A stretch of 64,000 nt of DNA, taken from positions 448,001 through 512,000 of the forward strand of contig CAWHDT010000005.1 in NCBI GenBank assembly GCA_963828195.1, given 5' to 3'. The position numbers and the translations under genes were made by a program. The notes below the pieces were generated by a model. That model searched no databases, had not been told where the DNA came from, and worked only from the letters and a program-made list of their open reading frames with translations. The stretch comes from Candidatus Bathyarchaeota archaeon. GTDB lineage: Archaea; Thermoproteota; Bathyarchaeia; Bathyarchaeales; Bathycorpusculaceae. Below are positions 1-10,371 of this stretch, in pieces; the first letter of the stretch is position 1, and every line of letters starts with the position of its first letter.

Positions 1-318
1 GGAAACGCCTCCATAACGGTTAAGCCGTCTGGCAGAGCAAACATTTTGACGGCTGAAGCTAAAGGACAAGATTCTCTTTTTAAACTGCGCAACATTCTGC
101 GCAGTGACAGGATTCGTGATGCCTCCCGAAGGGCGCTTTTTCACAGTATAAGAGGGAACACCATTGGTTTCTGCTTAAACAAGCAAGTCGCGTTTGCGGG
201 GCACGTCTCCTTTTCGGAAGAAACCGCGGAATCACCCTTAGGTCCTATACAGGTAACGATTGAAACTGACGATCCGCTGCAGCTTATCGAGTGGCTGGCA
301 GAAAAAACCGAGAGATAG
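1..318 (+). CDS. UPF0201/DUF54 family putative RNA-binding protein (5' truncated by window)
   Basis: Frame is open from base 1; motif LNKQVAFAGHVSF...ESPLGPI is typical of the archaeal DUF54 family. Confidence 0.75.
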   Translation, partial: GNASITVKPSGRANILTAEAKGQDSLFKLRNILRSDRIRDASRRALFHSIRGNTIGFCLNKQVAFAGHVSFSEETAESPLGPIQVTIETDDPLQLIEWLAEKTER

Positions 319-330
319 AAGGCACACGGC

Positions 331-1347
331 TTGTCTGCTAGGGCTCAGGTAACGAAAAACGGCGCGGTTTTGCTTGGCGACAGCGTCGCCTGCGACGCTT
401 TCAGCGAGAGGCCTTTGCGGATTGTAACTCATGCACACGCGGACCATCTCGGTGGACTGCGGAAGAGTTTGAGTTGCTGTGAGAAGGTTTTGATGACTAA
501 AGCCACCCGAGACCTCGCGGAGACGCTTGATGACTCGCTCAAGCTTCGGGATGCCGCAGTTGAAACGTTGGAGTACGGAAAAAGCATGAGGTTCGGCGAA
601 GAGCAAATTACGCTGCTAAAGGCGGATCACATTTTGGGTGCAGCGCAGGTGCTTGTTGAGGATGCTGGCGGAATACGGGTTGCTTACAGCGGCGACTTCA
701 GAATTGACGATACTCCGGTGGTTGAATGTGATGTTTTGGTTGTTGACGCAACTTATGGGAGCCCCTCTTTCAGGCGCTCTTTTGATGTTGATGTGCGGGA
801 GCTTTTAGTCAGCATGATTGAGAAGCGTTTACGCGGCGGCACAGTGTATGTTTTTGGTTATCACGGCAAACTGCAGGAAATCATGCAGCTCCTCAGAAAC
901 GCGGATGTTTCTGTGCCTTTTGTTATGCCGGAGCGGGTTTATCAAGTTACGAAGGTTTGCGAGCAACACGGGATGCAGTTGGGTTGCCTGTCCCTCTCAA
1001 CTGATGATGATGGGCGCGAACTTTTAGGCGGGAACCTTCCATGCGTCGCGTTTTACCACATGAATTCCCGCGGGTACGTTGGCTTGAATAATTCTCGCAT
1101 CTGCGTCAGCGGCTGGGAATTCAATTCGGCGTGCAGGCAGATTGGCGACCGAGAATACTTAGTTGCCTTAAGCGACCACTCAGATTTTGACGGGGTACTA
1201 GAATATGTTAAACGCACAAAAGCCAAAAAAGTCATCACAGACAATTACCGCGGGGGACATGGCACAATTTTAGCTAAAGAAATTCATAAGCGCCTCGGCG
1301 TTTCGGCAGTGGCAATGCCAAGAGCCAAAGGGCAAACCACACTGTAA
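331..1347 (+). CDS. MBL-fold metallo-hydrolase (beta-CASP-like nuclease)
   Basis: THAHADH motif, HILG, YSGD, SDHSD. Confidence 0.8.
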   Translation: MSARAQVTKNGAVLLGDSVACDAFSERPLRIVTHAHADHLGGLRKSLSCCEKVLMTKATRDLAETLDDSLKLRDAAVETLEYGKSMRFGEEQITLLKADHILGAAQVLVEDAGGIRVAYSGDFRIDDTPVVECDVLVVDATYGSPSFRRSFDVDVRELLVSMIEKRLRGGTVYVFGYHGKLQEIMQLLRNADVSVPFVMPERVYQVTKVCEQHGMQLGCLSLSTDDDGRELLGGNLPCVAFYHMNSRGYVGLNNSRICVSGWEFNSACRQIGDREYLVALSDHSDFDGVLEYVKRTKAKKVITDNYRGGHGTILAKEIHKRLGVSAVAMPRAKGQTTL

Positions 1348-1413
1348 GCCACCAAGTTTGCCTTAAAGCTTAAAAGCGAAAAATCAGACTAATCATTCTC
1401 AACTTACAGGTAA

Positions 1414-2700
1414 ATGAAGGAAGGAAATATGGCTAAAACATCAGTTATTTCAGGTTTCTACAAGCTTTCGGCGAAAGAGCGGTTAGCGATAGTGAAGGAT
1501 TTTGCAGGCTTAACCGACGAGGAAGTCCACTTGCTTGAGAACACGGGTTCAGTGCCCTTCGAACTGGTTGATCACATGGTGGAAAACGTTATCGGCGTCC
1601 TCCCTGAACCTTTGGGTCTTGCAGTCAACTTTCAAATTAACGGTAAAGACTATTTGATTCCGATGGCTACGGAGGAGCCAAGCGTTATCGCCGCTGCCTG
1701 CTACGCTGCTAAAATGGTTCGCGACGGCGGAGGATTCCACACCAGCAGCACAACGCCGATTATGATTGGTCAAGTTCAAGTCGTCGGCTTAAAAGACCCC
1801 AAGCTTGCTCAAAAGAAAGTTTTAGATGCAAAAGCTGAAATCCTAAAGAAAGCAAACGACCAAGATCCAGTTTTGAACTCTTTCGGCGGCGGAGCCAAAG
1901 ATTTGGGTGCGAAAATCATCGATACGTCGATGGGGCAAATGTTGATTGTTGAATTGTATGTTGATTGCCGTGACGCTATGGGCGGCAACGCGGTTAACAC
2001 TATGGCTGAAGCAGTAGCGCCGATGCTTGAGCAGCTAACAGGCGGACACGTTTACCTGCGCATCATCTCTAACTTAGCGACTAAACGGATGGCGAAAGCA
2101 TGGTGCACCGTACCCAAAGAATCTCTTGGCGGAGAAGCAGCTGTGGACGGCATCGCTTACGCCTCGGCTTTTGCGGAAGCTGACCCGTACCGCGCTGCAA
2201 CCCACAACAAAGGCGCAATGAACGGCATAATCGCTGTGGTTTTGGCAACAGGCAACGACCACCGCGCCATCGAAGCCGGAGGACACGCCTACGCTGCGCT
2301 GAATGGACAATACACGAGCTTTTCAAAGTGGACAAAAAACAAAAACGGAGACTTAGAAGGCGTAATCGAGTTGCCGATGGCGGTAGGCTTAATCGGCGGC
2401 GCAGTAAAAACCCATCCCATAGCAAGAATCGCAATGAAAATCTTAAACGTCAAAACAGCCAACGAATTCGCAGAAGTCCTGGCGGCAGTCGGCTTAGCCC
2501 AAAACCTAGGCGCCCTACGAGCGCTGGCAAACGAAGGAATCCAACGCGGCCACATGAACCTGCACGCAAGAAACATAGCCATCACCGCAGGCGCCAAAGA
2601 CGACATGGTTGACAAGGTTGCAGCACAGATGGTTAAAGAACGCAAAGTCCGAGTGGACAGAGCCAAAGAAATCCTAGAAGAACTAACAAAAAAACAATAA
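1414..2700 (+). CDS. mvaA: Hydroxymethylglutaryl-CoA reductase, class II
   Basis: ENVIG, PMATEEPSV, DAMGGNAVN, ATHNKG and EGIQRGHM motifs. Confidence 0.93.
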   Translation: MKEGNMAKTSVISGFYKLSAKERLAIVKDFAGLTDEEVHLLENTGSVPFELVDHMVENVIGVLPEPLGLAVNFQINGKDYLIPMATEEPSVIAAACYAAKMVRDGGGFHTSSTTPIMIGQVQVVGLKDPKLAQKKVLDAKAEILKKANDQDPVLNSFGGGAKDLGAKIIDTSMGQMLIVELYVDCRDAMGGNAVNTMAEAVAPMLEQLTGGHVYLRIISNLATKRMAKAWCTVPKESLGGEAAVDGIAYASAFAEADPYRAATHNKGAMNGIIAVVLATGNDHRAIEAGGHAYAALNGQYTSFSKWTKNKNGDLEGVIELPMAVGLIGGAVKTHPIARIAMKILNVKTANEFAEVLAAVGLAQNLGALRALANEGIQRGHMNLHARNIAITAGAKDDMVDKVAAQMVKERKVRVDRAKEILEELTKKQ

Positions 2701-2800
2701 CCCCCTTTCTTTTCCACTAGCCTGATTAGTCGAGTACCAGAAACCAGAAGGCGGGTTACAACCAACATACCAGCCTCCTAAAACGTAAAATACTTTGTAA

Positions 2801-3176
2801 TTAGACGATTCTTATGTTGTCTTTGCCAACATTGGCGAGTTTTTGATCCCTCGTTAACAATACTTCATCGTGTGCCAGTGAAATGCCCGCGATAAGCAAA
2901 TCGTTCTCATTGACCGTTCTTCCAGCATCCTGTAATTTTTCAAAAAGGAGGGCGGCTTCTTTGGCGGCGGCTCTGTCGAAAGAGTAAACCGCTGCTCCAG
3001 ACAGGAACCTTTCAGCCGCTTGTTTCTTTATTTTAACCTTGTGCCTGAGCAATTCATACTCAGTTATCGTTGTGGTTTTGACGTCTTCTTTCGTGGAGAG
3101 TTCTCTCATTAAAGCAACAATTTTTTGGTCGCCAGTCAAAGAAATCTATTATGACGCTGGTATCGAGAAGTGTCAC
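2801..3176 (-). pseudogene. vapC: VapC PIN-domain toxin with a +1 frameshift near 3140 (pseudogene or sequencing error)
   Basis: GTG at 3176 overlaps the antitoxin stop and reads VTLLDTSVIIDF; one extra T shifts it to the frame of LTGDQK...ENDLLIAGISL...LTRD. Confidence 0.75.
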
Positions 3177-3400
3177 TCAAATGTCCGTCCGTAATTTGCT
3201 TCTCTTTCTGCGGCTATTTGGGCTTTCAACCGCTCAAGTTCTTCTTTATCATCCTTTAAGATGCCCGCTAAGCTCATAATATCAAATTTTTCTTCTTTGT
3301 GACAGAGGCTTTCTTTAATTACCTGCGAAAAACTCTTCTTGCCTTTTCGTTTTAAGAGCAGTTCGTAGACTTCGTTTGAGACTGAAATCTGTCTTGCCAT
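3173..3400 (-). CDS. vapB: VapB antitoxin (RHH-like)
   Basis: QISVSNEVYELL...KSFSQVI; directly upstream of and overlapping the PIN gene. Confidence 0.8.
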   Translation of the reverse strand: MARQISVSNEVYELLLKRKGKKSFSQVIKESLCHKEEKFDIMSLAGILKDDKEELERLKAQIAAEREANYGRTFE

Positions 3401-3488
3401 AACTCCACTGATACATAAATGTATACATGCTTCCGATAAATCTTCCCGGATGAAGCCTCCACCTAAAGGGAGAATAAAATTAACTCTT

Positions 3489-3905
3489 TCAGGTACCCCT
3501 GTTTTTTAAATAATCTTTAATCATTTTGTCGTGTTCAAACGCCAGTGGGGAAGGAAGCTCGTTTAGATTGAAAATTTGGATTTCTTGTATTTCGCTTTCC
3601 TGCCGCTTTATTTCTCCGCCGACCATTTTAACAAGAAAACACGCTGGGTAATACTCGTAATCCACGTCGTCTTTGACTCCTTTCTCAATGTACTCGCCGA
3701 TTTTGCGGACAATGGTTACGTCAAGACCCGTTTCCTCTTTGACCTCGCGGACGATGGTTTGCTCGACGGTTTCGCCTGGATCCATTCTGCCGCCGGGCAA
3801 AGCCCAGTAACCCTTGAAGGGCACAGTGTCCCTTTTGACAAGCAGAATTTTATCGTTGGGAAACGGTATTATTGCAGTTGCGGTTTTACCAGTATATTTC
3901 TTCAT
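3489..3905 (-). CDS. NUDIX hydrolase
   Basis: Nudix box GGRMDPGETVEQTIVREVKEETG. Confidence 0.92.
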   Translation of the reverse strand: MKKYTGKTATAIIPFPNDKILLVKRDTVPFKGYWALPGGRMDPGETVEQTIVREVKEETGLDVTIVRKIGEYIEKGVKDDVDYEYYPACFLVKMVGGEIKRQESEIQEIQIFNLNELPSPLAFEHDKMIKDYLKNRGT

Positions 3906-4002
3906 AACTCCACCGACTAAACAGTTAATTCAGGCTCTTGGGTAGCAATAAGTTTTTTGAAATGGACATTTGGGGATTTGCCGAAAAAAAGAAAAGGGTG
4001 GT

Positions 4003-4881
4003 TTATGCGTTTTGGTCTTGTTTCAATGTGCTTGTAAATGTATCAACAATGTTTTCGCTGGCGGTGCCGACGTTAAATGGGATGGTTACCTGTAAGTTGC
4101 TTTGGATCTGTTTGCAGGTGCCGTATTCCAAGTATGATTGTCCTGAAAGATTCAAGCTTTCATCTGAGAGGGGGGTTGAGTTTTGTGTCGCTGAGAAGTC
4201 GATTCTGAAGACTTTGTAGGTTCCTGCTGGAACAGTTAAACTTTGAATGTCTTTGAAGGTGACTGTCAAGTTTGTAGGTGGAACAGAGCTTGATGCTTCA
4301 GTATTTAACGGAACTTGCCATGTGTCTCCAACTTTGGCTTGTGACTGATCAAAGGCTGCCGACATCACTGGACTTGTGCTGGTAGAGTTCAAAGCCAAAT
4401 CTGTTAACTGTAGTCCAACAGGTAACAAAGCGAGAACAGTGACCATCTCACTGGATTTCACCGCTATAACTTGTGAACTTGTCATGGAGTAGCCGCCCTC
4501 GGACGTGACGCTTGTGTAGTTCAGCGTATAGGTTTGCCCATCAAAACTAACTACATCCACAGTTAAGGTGCTTTGTGAACTTACGTTGGAGGAGGAGTTT
4601 CCAGTTTGAGTAGACATGGAATTTGTCACGTCGTAAGTCAGTTTTTCGCCGGCAGAATATTGCACCCCAAGAGATATTACATCAGCAGTGCCCTGGGGGA
4701 TAAGCAGCACCGATGCAACAAGAATAACTGCGATGGCTGCGATTGCAGCGATGGTGATGTACAGTTTCTTTCCAAATCGCTTCTTAGATGGCGCTTGCGC
4801 CGTCGGCTGTTCCGGAGGCAGAGAAGTTGGTGGCGCTTCTGAAGCAGCAGAACCAAAAAGTTGTTTTATCATTTGATTCAC
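4003..4881 (-). CDS. Membrane-anchored S/T-rich extracellular hypothetical protein
   Basis: KKRFGKK followed by a hydrophobic helix, then a beta-rich S/T-rich domain ending in TVPAGTY. Confidence 0.65.
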   Translation of the reverse strand: MNQMIKQLFGSAASEAPPTSLPPEQPTAQAPSKKRFGKKLYITIAAIAAIAVILVASVLLIPQGTADVISLGVQYSAGEKLTYDVTNSMSTQTGNSSSNVSSQSTLTVDVVSFDGQTYTLNYTSVTSEGGYSMTSSQVIAVKSSEMVTVLALLPVGLQLTDLALNSTSTSPVMSAAFDQSQAKVGDTWQVPLNTEASSSVPPTNLTVTFKDIQSLTVPAGTYKVFRIDFSATQNSTPLSDESLNLSGQSYLEYGTCKQIQSNLQVTIPFNVGTASENIVDTFTSTLKQDQNA

Positions 4882-4953
4882 ATCGTGTTCTTCCAGTTTG
4901 TTTGTCTATTCTTATAAGACTTTTCTTAAGTTTTATTCGGGCAAGAATTGCGT

Positions 4954-6576
4954 TTATAGCGTGTCGTTTAAAACCTGATATTCTTTGTCTGAGAGCCAAC
5001 CTTCACGGTTCAAGTAAACCAAGCCTTTAGCTACGTTGTCATGGGCAGCTTTTGTGTTTAAGAAGTTATTTTTTTCTCCTAAATTTTTGATTTCACCATC
5101 TAATAAGCTGTCTTGTTTAGCAAGCACTTGAACCTTGACAATAAGAGCTGTTATCTCTTTGAACCGCGGGATAAAAAGTTCTTTAATTTTTGACCTGCCG
5201 AATGCACCCTTAAGTTTGGCGGCTAAACTGATGGGGCTTATCATTGATGGCGGCAAAAAAATGTAACGTCTGCTTAATCCTGCTTGATAGCAAGCAACGT
5301 AGAAGGGCACATAAAACAACGCTGGGCTCTTTAACTGCTGCTCCTTAGTGCCAACCATTTCAAACCTTGCGTTAACTGCTTCGCCCATTTTGATGACGCT
5401 GCTAAGACCGTCTTTTACGGGTTTTTCCAGTTTAAGCAAAGTCTCAGTTTTCTGTTTAAAAACAAGCACTTTAGCGTCGCGGGCAGCTTCAAGGTCAAGC
5501 AGAGGTTGACGAGCCAACTTGATTTCTGCGTCAAGGTCAAGCTGCATCTTCGATGTTTTCTTAGTTTTTTGCGTGTTTAAGTTTTTGATGCTGTTTTCAA
5601 TGCGTTTTAGCTCTTTTTTTAGTCCGTCAAGTTCTTTTTTTGCGTGACGGCTTTTTTCTTTCCATGATTTTTCATAAATTGAATGGTTTTTTTCTGCTTG
5701 GACCTTTGCTTCTTTGTTGAAAAGCTTGATTTTTTCTTCGTTGTCTTCCATGAATTTTGTTGTTTTGGCTTTTAATTTTTCGAGACTTTCAAGTTCTTCA
5801 TTAAAGCTTCTGGTAACCTGCGCGATTTGCCGTTTGTACTCGCTGTTTAGCTTGGCAATTTTGGGGTTGACAAGTTCCTCTTGAGCGTTGATTTTTGCGT
5901 TCGCCTCGTCCCTTACCGCTTCAGCTGCGTAATCAAGCTCGGTCATGTATTGGCTGGTTGTCTTATTTACGAATCTTTGGCATTCTGAAAGCTCCTCAGC
6001 GTCTTCCTTGAGGAACGATTGTAACTTACCCATTTCATCTAACATCGAAGAAACAGTTGCCGCTTCCAATGTTGGGGATAGCAGAGTTAACTTTGCCGCC
6101 TGATCTGTTACCTCTACTGCTTCTTTGCGGTAAACGCTGAACTCTTTTTTAAAATTCAAATCTGCAATTATGCTTCTCAGCAGGAACGTTTTCTCTTTTT
6201 GAGGCTGCTTAAAGTAACTGTTGTGGTCAGACAAAAAAGCCATGTAATCTTCCATAGTCTTCGAGTTACTCTCAAGGCTCTCCAGAAACGCTTTAGCCGG
6301 GGGCAAATCAGCATAGTTCAGGTTATAATTGTAACTGTCTAAGCCGTCGAACATATAGGCGGTTTCGCTCTTGGGAAACAGCCACAGCGGATAACCCATT
6401 TTCACGATGAAAAGAAGTTTCTCTTCCGGCTGCTTCACTATTAAGCCGCCGCCTTTCGCTCGTTCAAACTTAGCAAGCGCGTAAACAGCAGCCGCTTCCA
6501 CTTCAGAACCAAATGTTGCTGTGCTTTTCTCAGGAGAAAAAGTTAAGATGTATCGTTTAACTGCAGAGTTTAACAT
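4954..6576 (-). CDS. Hypothetical protein with long central coiled coil
   Basis: 540-aa ORF; E/K-rich heptads at about aa 170-380 between globular ends. Confidence 0.7.
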   Translation of the reverse strand: MLNSAVKRYILTFSPEKSTATFGSEVEAAAVYALAKFERAKGGGLIVKQPEEKLLFIVKMGYPLWLFPKSETAYMFDGLDSYNYNLNYADLPPAKAFLESLESNSKTMEDYMAFLSDHNSYFKQPQKEKTFLLRSIIADLNFKKEFSVYRKEAVEVTDQAAKLTLLSPTLEAATVSSMLDEMGKLQSFLKEDAEELSECQRFVNKTTSQYMTELDYAAEAVRDEANAKINAQEELVNPKIAKLNSEYKRQIAQVTRSFNEELESLEKLKAKTTKFMEDNEEKIKLFNKEAKVQAEKNHSIYEKSWKEKSRHAKKELDGLKKELKRIENSIKNLNTQKTKKTSKMQLDLDAEIKLARQPLLDLEAARDAKVLVFKQKTETLLKLEKPVKDGLSSVIKMGEAVNARFEMVGTKEQQLKSPALFYVPFYVACYQAGLSRRYIFLPPSMISPISLAAKLKGAFGRSKIKELFIPRFKEITALIVKVQVLAKQDSLLDGEIKNLGEKNNFLNTKAAHDNVAKGLVYLNREGWLSDKEYQVLNDTL

Positions 6577-6627
6577 TGAAAGTCAGCACAAAGTATAGGA
6601 GACTACTTTTTTAAAATTTGTCCTTGC

Positions 6628-7968
6628 CTAAGCCTTAAAAAAATCCGATATTTTCTTTTGGAACAGCGCACGCTTTAAAAGTTCGCTTTGCAGTATCCAT
6701 CTTTGAATCGGGATTTCGAATCTTCCGCTAATGAACTGCAAGGATTCAGCGAGGTTTTTGAAAAGAAACGGTTTTTGCCGCATTGCGTTCCTCACGTTTT
6801 CCCGCACTTGCCAGACGCCAATGGGCATAATGTACCCCGGTCGAGCTTCTCTGAGCACGATGGCGGTTGCTTGGCGCTGCTCTTTGACTAATTGCTCGCA
6901 AACTGCAAGACGCGCCGAATAGTAGCAGCCGCCTATCTGCGCGTAAGTGGTTCTTCCAGCGTTGCCTTCCCAATCAGAAAAAATCGCTACGCTTTTCCCA
7001 TTAGGGTTCCAAACGGTGCCTGGATACCAAGCTTCCATAGACTCGTAGCTCCACTGCTGCGGAATCATCAAAATCTCAAAAACGTTATCCATGTAGATTG
7101 ACTCGTAAACTCTGTACTCGTTGATTTCGCGAAAAGTCTTCACTTTTTCCCTGAGGCTTTTGGAGATGGTGTCATCGACAGCTGTTATGCTCCACCTTGT
7201 AGGAACCAACCGCCTGTTTTTTTCCAGTCCGAAGGCGCCGACGCTGAAGGCTTTCTGAATCTTCGTAACCATGACTCCGCGGTCGTAGAGTTCCAAAACT
7301 GCATTCTTAGCCCGCAAATCCGTATCATAATACGCCTTCTCAATCTTGTCATCGTACCGGGCGTTGCCCACGTGCAGGTCTCGGATGGGGGCTGAAGGAC
7401 CAAAGGGTTGAACATTATCGTCAAGAAAAATTGACCCCCGAGGCTTTTTTGTAAGGTTCAATTCTATGTCTACGCTGCTGTCTGCAAGGGCTAACTCCCG
7501 CGTTTGATCCAGGATTTTCCCCGCATCCATAAACTTCTGCACGTTAACCCGATGTTTACCGCGCACAAGCATGCTTCGGAAGCCAACAATTTCATCCATA
7601 GATTTCCCAAACCAACGTTCAGGCAAATCGTAGATGCTGGTGTCTTCATGTATAGGCGGCACAAGGGGTCCCGCGTAAACGTTGGGGTAGCCGATTCGTC
7701 CAATGAAAACGCTTGGCGGAGACATGCCGTTGATGTCTTCGGTCGCCATCAGCGGCACGCTTTTGAGGAAATAGTTGACTTTAACCATGATTGGGCAACG
7801 GGTTTTTCCGCATAGATTCCTGGCGCCTTTGCACAGGACACATAAGCTGTCGTCTCTGGCTCGGGTAACAATTTGGTCATTAACCTGCGAGTTGCTGTTT
7901 TTCAGGATGTCTTTTAACCAGTTTTCTGAGGCATGAATGCTTTGGGGGAGTTTTGAAGTAATGGTCAT
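6628..7968 (-). CDS. nreA: Nre family archaeal DNA repair protein (PCNA-interacting)
   Basis: CxxCKGxxxLCGxxxCP, SPPSVFIGRIGYP, RLVPTRWSITAVD; C-terminal PIP box QKKISDFF. Confidence 0.9.
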   Translation of the reverse strand: MTITSKLPQSIHASENWLKDILKNSNSQVNDQIVTRARDDSLCVLCKGARNLCGKTRCPIMVKVNYFLKSVPLMATEDINGMSPPSVFIGRIGYPNVYAGPLVPPIHEDTSIYDLPERWFGKSMDEIVGFRSMLVRGKHRVNVQKFMDAGKILDQTRELALADSSVDIELNLTKKPRGSIFLDDNVQPFGPSAPIRDLHVGNARYDDKIEKAYYDTDLRAKNAVLELYDRGVMVTKIQKAFSVGAFGLEKNRRLVPTRWSITAVDDTISKSLREKVKTFREINEYRVYESIYMDNVFEILMIPQQWSYESMEAWYPGTVWNPNGKSVAIFSDWEGNAGRTTYAQIGGCYYSARLAVCEQLVKEQRQATAIVLREARPGYIMPIGVWQVRENVRNAMRQKPFLFKNLAESLQFISGRFEIPIQRWILQSELLKRALFQKKISDFFKA

Positions 7969-8055
7969 TTACATTTTCATGATGAATGCTTCAGCTTGAT
8001 ATGTTTTCCGCATAGCAAAATGTAAAAAAGACACAAATCCAACCTGCAGGCTTTC

Positions 8056-8640
8056 TTAACTTCCTCTAACGGAGGCTATCAACCGCGTTTTTCTTATTGC
8101 TTTTCTGATGGGCGGCGGCAACCCTAGCTTAATGACATCAGCGGTTTTCCATAGCCCATAAAGCCCCGGGGGCGCGGTGCTGGCGTCGATGATTTTCAAG
8201 TTACCGTTCACGACTCTTATGTTATCGCAGGTGATATCCAGCAAACCGTATTGGTAAGCTATGGCTCTAAGCTGAGCAATGTCTTCAGCTGGAACATCTG
8301 CTTCAACGCCGTATTCCTGCAGAAGACAATACTTGGTGTGCCAAAATAGCCTCGCGAAATAGGCATGTCTGATGCTCGGAGGCATTTTCTTGTAAGCTTC
8401 GTGGTCACGCTCTATTGAATCGGATCTCCCAACCTTTAACGCCAACTCATGGCTCTTATGCCGCAGAAAGAAAACAAGTTTATGCAAACCATAATTGCTC
8501 AAATGAGCCTCAGGAAAAATCGCTGTCACAATCTGCTCCAAATCTTTCATTGGGGCAAAACTGCCATTTTCTTTTTTTATGTACTCATCTATTGAGGCGT
8601 CCACAAGCTTGGCTTTTTCATGCAGCGATTTGAATTTCAC
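8056..8640 (-). CDS. Hypothetical protein with minimal protein-kinase-like motifs
   Basis: LALKVG, LLQEY, DITCDNI, KIIDA. Confidence 0.55.
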   Translation of the reverse strand: MKFKSLHEKAKLVDASIDEYIKKENGSFAPMKDLEQIVTAIFPEAHLSNYGLHKLVFFLRHKSHELALKVGRSDSIERDHEAYKKMPPSIRHAYFARLFWHTKYCLLQEYGVEADVPAEDIAQLRAIAYQYGLLDITCDNIRVVNGNLKIIDASTAPPGLYGLWKTADVIKLGLPPPIRKAIRKTRLIASVRGS

Positions 8641-8761
8641 GCGTAACTCAAAGTTCTTGACGTAATTTTAGATATGTGACTGCTAAAACACAGCCACAAC
8701 GCAAAGACATGGCGTTACTCAGATTTGTAAAAACTCTTTTTGTTGCCACCAGATGTGGTTT

Positions 8762-9325
8762 TCAATGAAAGGTTTTGCCTTCCTCAAGCATATCAATAAT
8801 ATACTTTATCTTCGCACGCCTACTCTCAGCGCTTTTTGCGTTTTCAATCCTGAAAATAATTGCGTACCTGTTTAACTTGTTTATTGTTTTAAAGAAAGCT
8901 TTAGCTTTCAGATTTTTGTTTAGCTCTTTTACAAAATCTTCAGGCAACAGCGCATTTTTCTGTGGTTGATATGCCCTGTCCCACCTGCCATCTCGTTTTG
9001 CCTCTTCTATTTGTTTCATACCCTCAGGCTTCATTCTTCCTGCTCTGACTAGTTTTTCCGCGAGCTCCGTATTACGCTTTGACCATATGCTGTTTGGTCT
9101 TCGTGGAACATACTTTGCAATCCACGATTTATCATCACATGGTTTAGCCTGACCCGTTATCCAACCGTAGGAAAGGGCCACTTCAAGTGCTTCAAAGGTA
9201 GTTACTGACGCTACTCCAGAATCCTTCTTAAAATGGCGTATCCAAATGCCTTCAGAACTTGGATGGTTATCAGATAGCCAGTCTTCCCATTCTTTAGCCG
9301 ATTCGAACGTTAAAATATCGTCCAT
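8762..9325 (-). CDS. YdeI/OmpD-associated family protein
   Basis: WEDWL...ALSYGWI...PRRPNSIWSKRN...GRMKPEG. Confidence 0.88.
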   Translation of the reverse strand: MDDILTFESAKEWEDWLSDNHPSSEGIWIRHFKKDSGVASVTTFEALEVALSYGWITGQAKPCDDKSWIAKYVPRRPNSIWSKRNTELAEKLVRAGRMKPEGMKQIEEAKRDGRWDRAYQPQKNALLPEDFVKELNKNLKAKAFFKTINKLNRYAIIFRIENAKSAESRRAKIKYIIDMLEEGKTFH

Positions 9326-9676
9326 ACATTAATCATGATTTGGCTTTAAAATATTAAGGTGCTTGACCAAACTCAAAGAGAAAGGTTTTGCGTAATTATA
9401 TAGTTAAATCGGTATATTGGAAAAATTTAAAATTCCAAGTTTCAAATTGTGATGAAGCCTTTTGCTGTTTGATTTCAGCTGTTATTTGCAACTCATCTAA
9501 AACTACTTCCTGCATAAGGTCTACGCGTTAATTTTCAAGTAGAGATAGCCATGTTCACCACCGTTTCATTCATTATTTTGGAAAGAAAAAAATTACCATA
9601 ATAAGTCAAAGCTAAATACGGTTTAATCCTTTAATATTTAAGCTGAAACCTCAATAAGAATAATGGTGAGAGTTAA

Positions 9677-9976
9677 ATGCAAAAGCTTGAAGACATAAGA
9701 GCCAAACTGGAAAAGCTCAAGCCAGTCCTAAAAGAGCGATACCAAGTGGAAACCATAGGGTTCTTTGGTTCCTATGCCCGCGGAGAGCAAAACAAAAAAA
9801 GCGACGTGGATGTTCTTGTGGAGTTTTCTCAGCCCAACACGATTGACCTCTTAGACTTCATTGAGCTTGAAGAATTTTTAAGCAAAAAACTCGGGATCAA
9901 AGTAGATCTAGTTACGAAAAATGCTCTTAAGCCAATGATTAAAGACCAGATATTGAAAGAGACGATTTATGCTTGA
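9677..9976 (+). CDS. mntA: Minimal nucleotidyltransferase antitoxin (MNT)
   Basis: GSYARGEQNKKSDVD (GSx10DxD). Confidence 0.9.
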   Translation: MQKLEDIRAKLEKLKPVLKERYQVETIGFFGSYARGEQNKKSDVDVLVEFSQPNTIDLLDFIELEEFLSKKLGIKVDLVTKNALKPMIKDQILKETIYA

Positions 9977-10323
9977 AGCGAACCTATCGGCTTTATCTAA
10001 ACGATATTTTGGAAGCCATAGAAAGAATAGAAAACTATGTAGAAGGAAGGACTTTCGAGGAATTCTCGAAGAATACTCTTGTTATAGATGCCGTGGTGAG
10101 GAATTTTGAAATTATCGGCGAAGCAACAAAACACATACCTTCAGAAGTAAAGTCAGAACATCCGCTTATTAAGTGGAAAGAAATGGCGGGGATGCGAGAT
10201 AAATTGGCTCACGAATATTTTGGGGTAAACATCGAGATTCTGTGGAAAACAGCAAAGAACCGTTTGCCTGTTTTAAAGCCCTTAATCGAAGAGCTTTCAA
10301 AAAATAGTGAAGAAACAATGTAA
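9973..10323 (+). CDS. hepT: HEPN/DUF86 RNase toxin
   Basis: RDKLAHEY (Rx4HxY); overlaps the MNT stop. Confidence 0.9.
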   Translation: MKRTYRLYLNDILEAIERIENYVEGRTFEEFSKNTLVIDAVVRNFEIIGEATKHIPSEVKSEHPLIKWKEMAGMRDKLAHEYFGVNIEILWKTAKNRLPVLKPLIEELSKNSEETM

Positions 10324-10371
10324 GGACAATAATTGGATTATAGTTCTGGTTTAATCATTCGAAATGACTGT

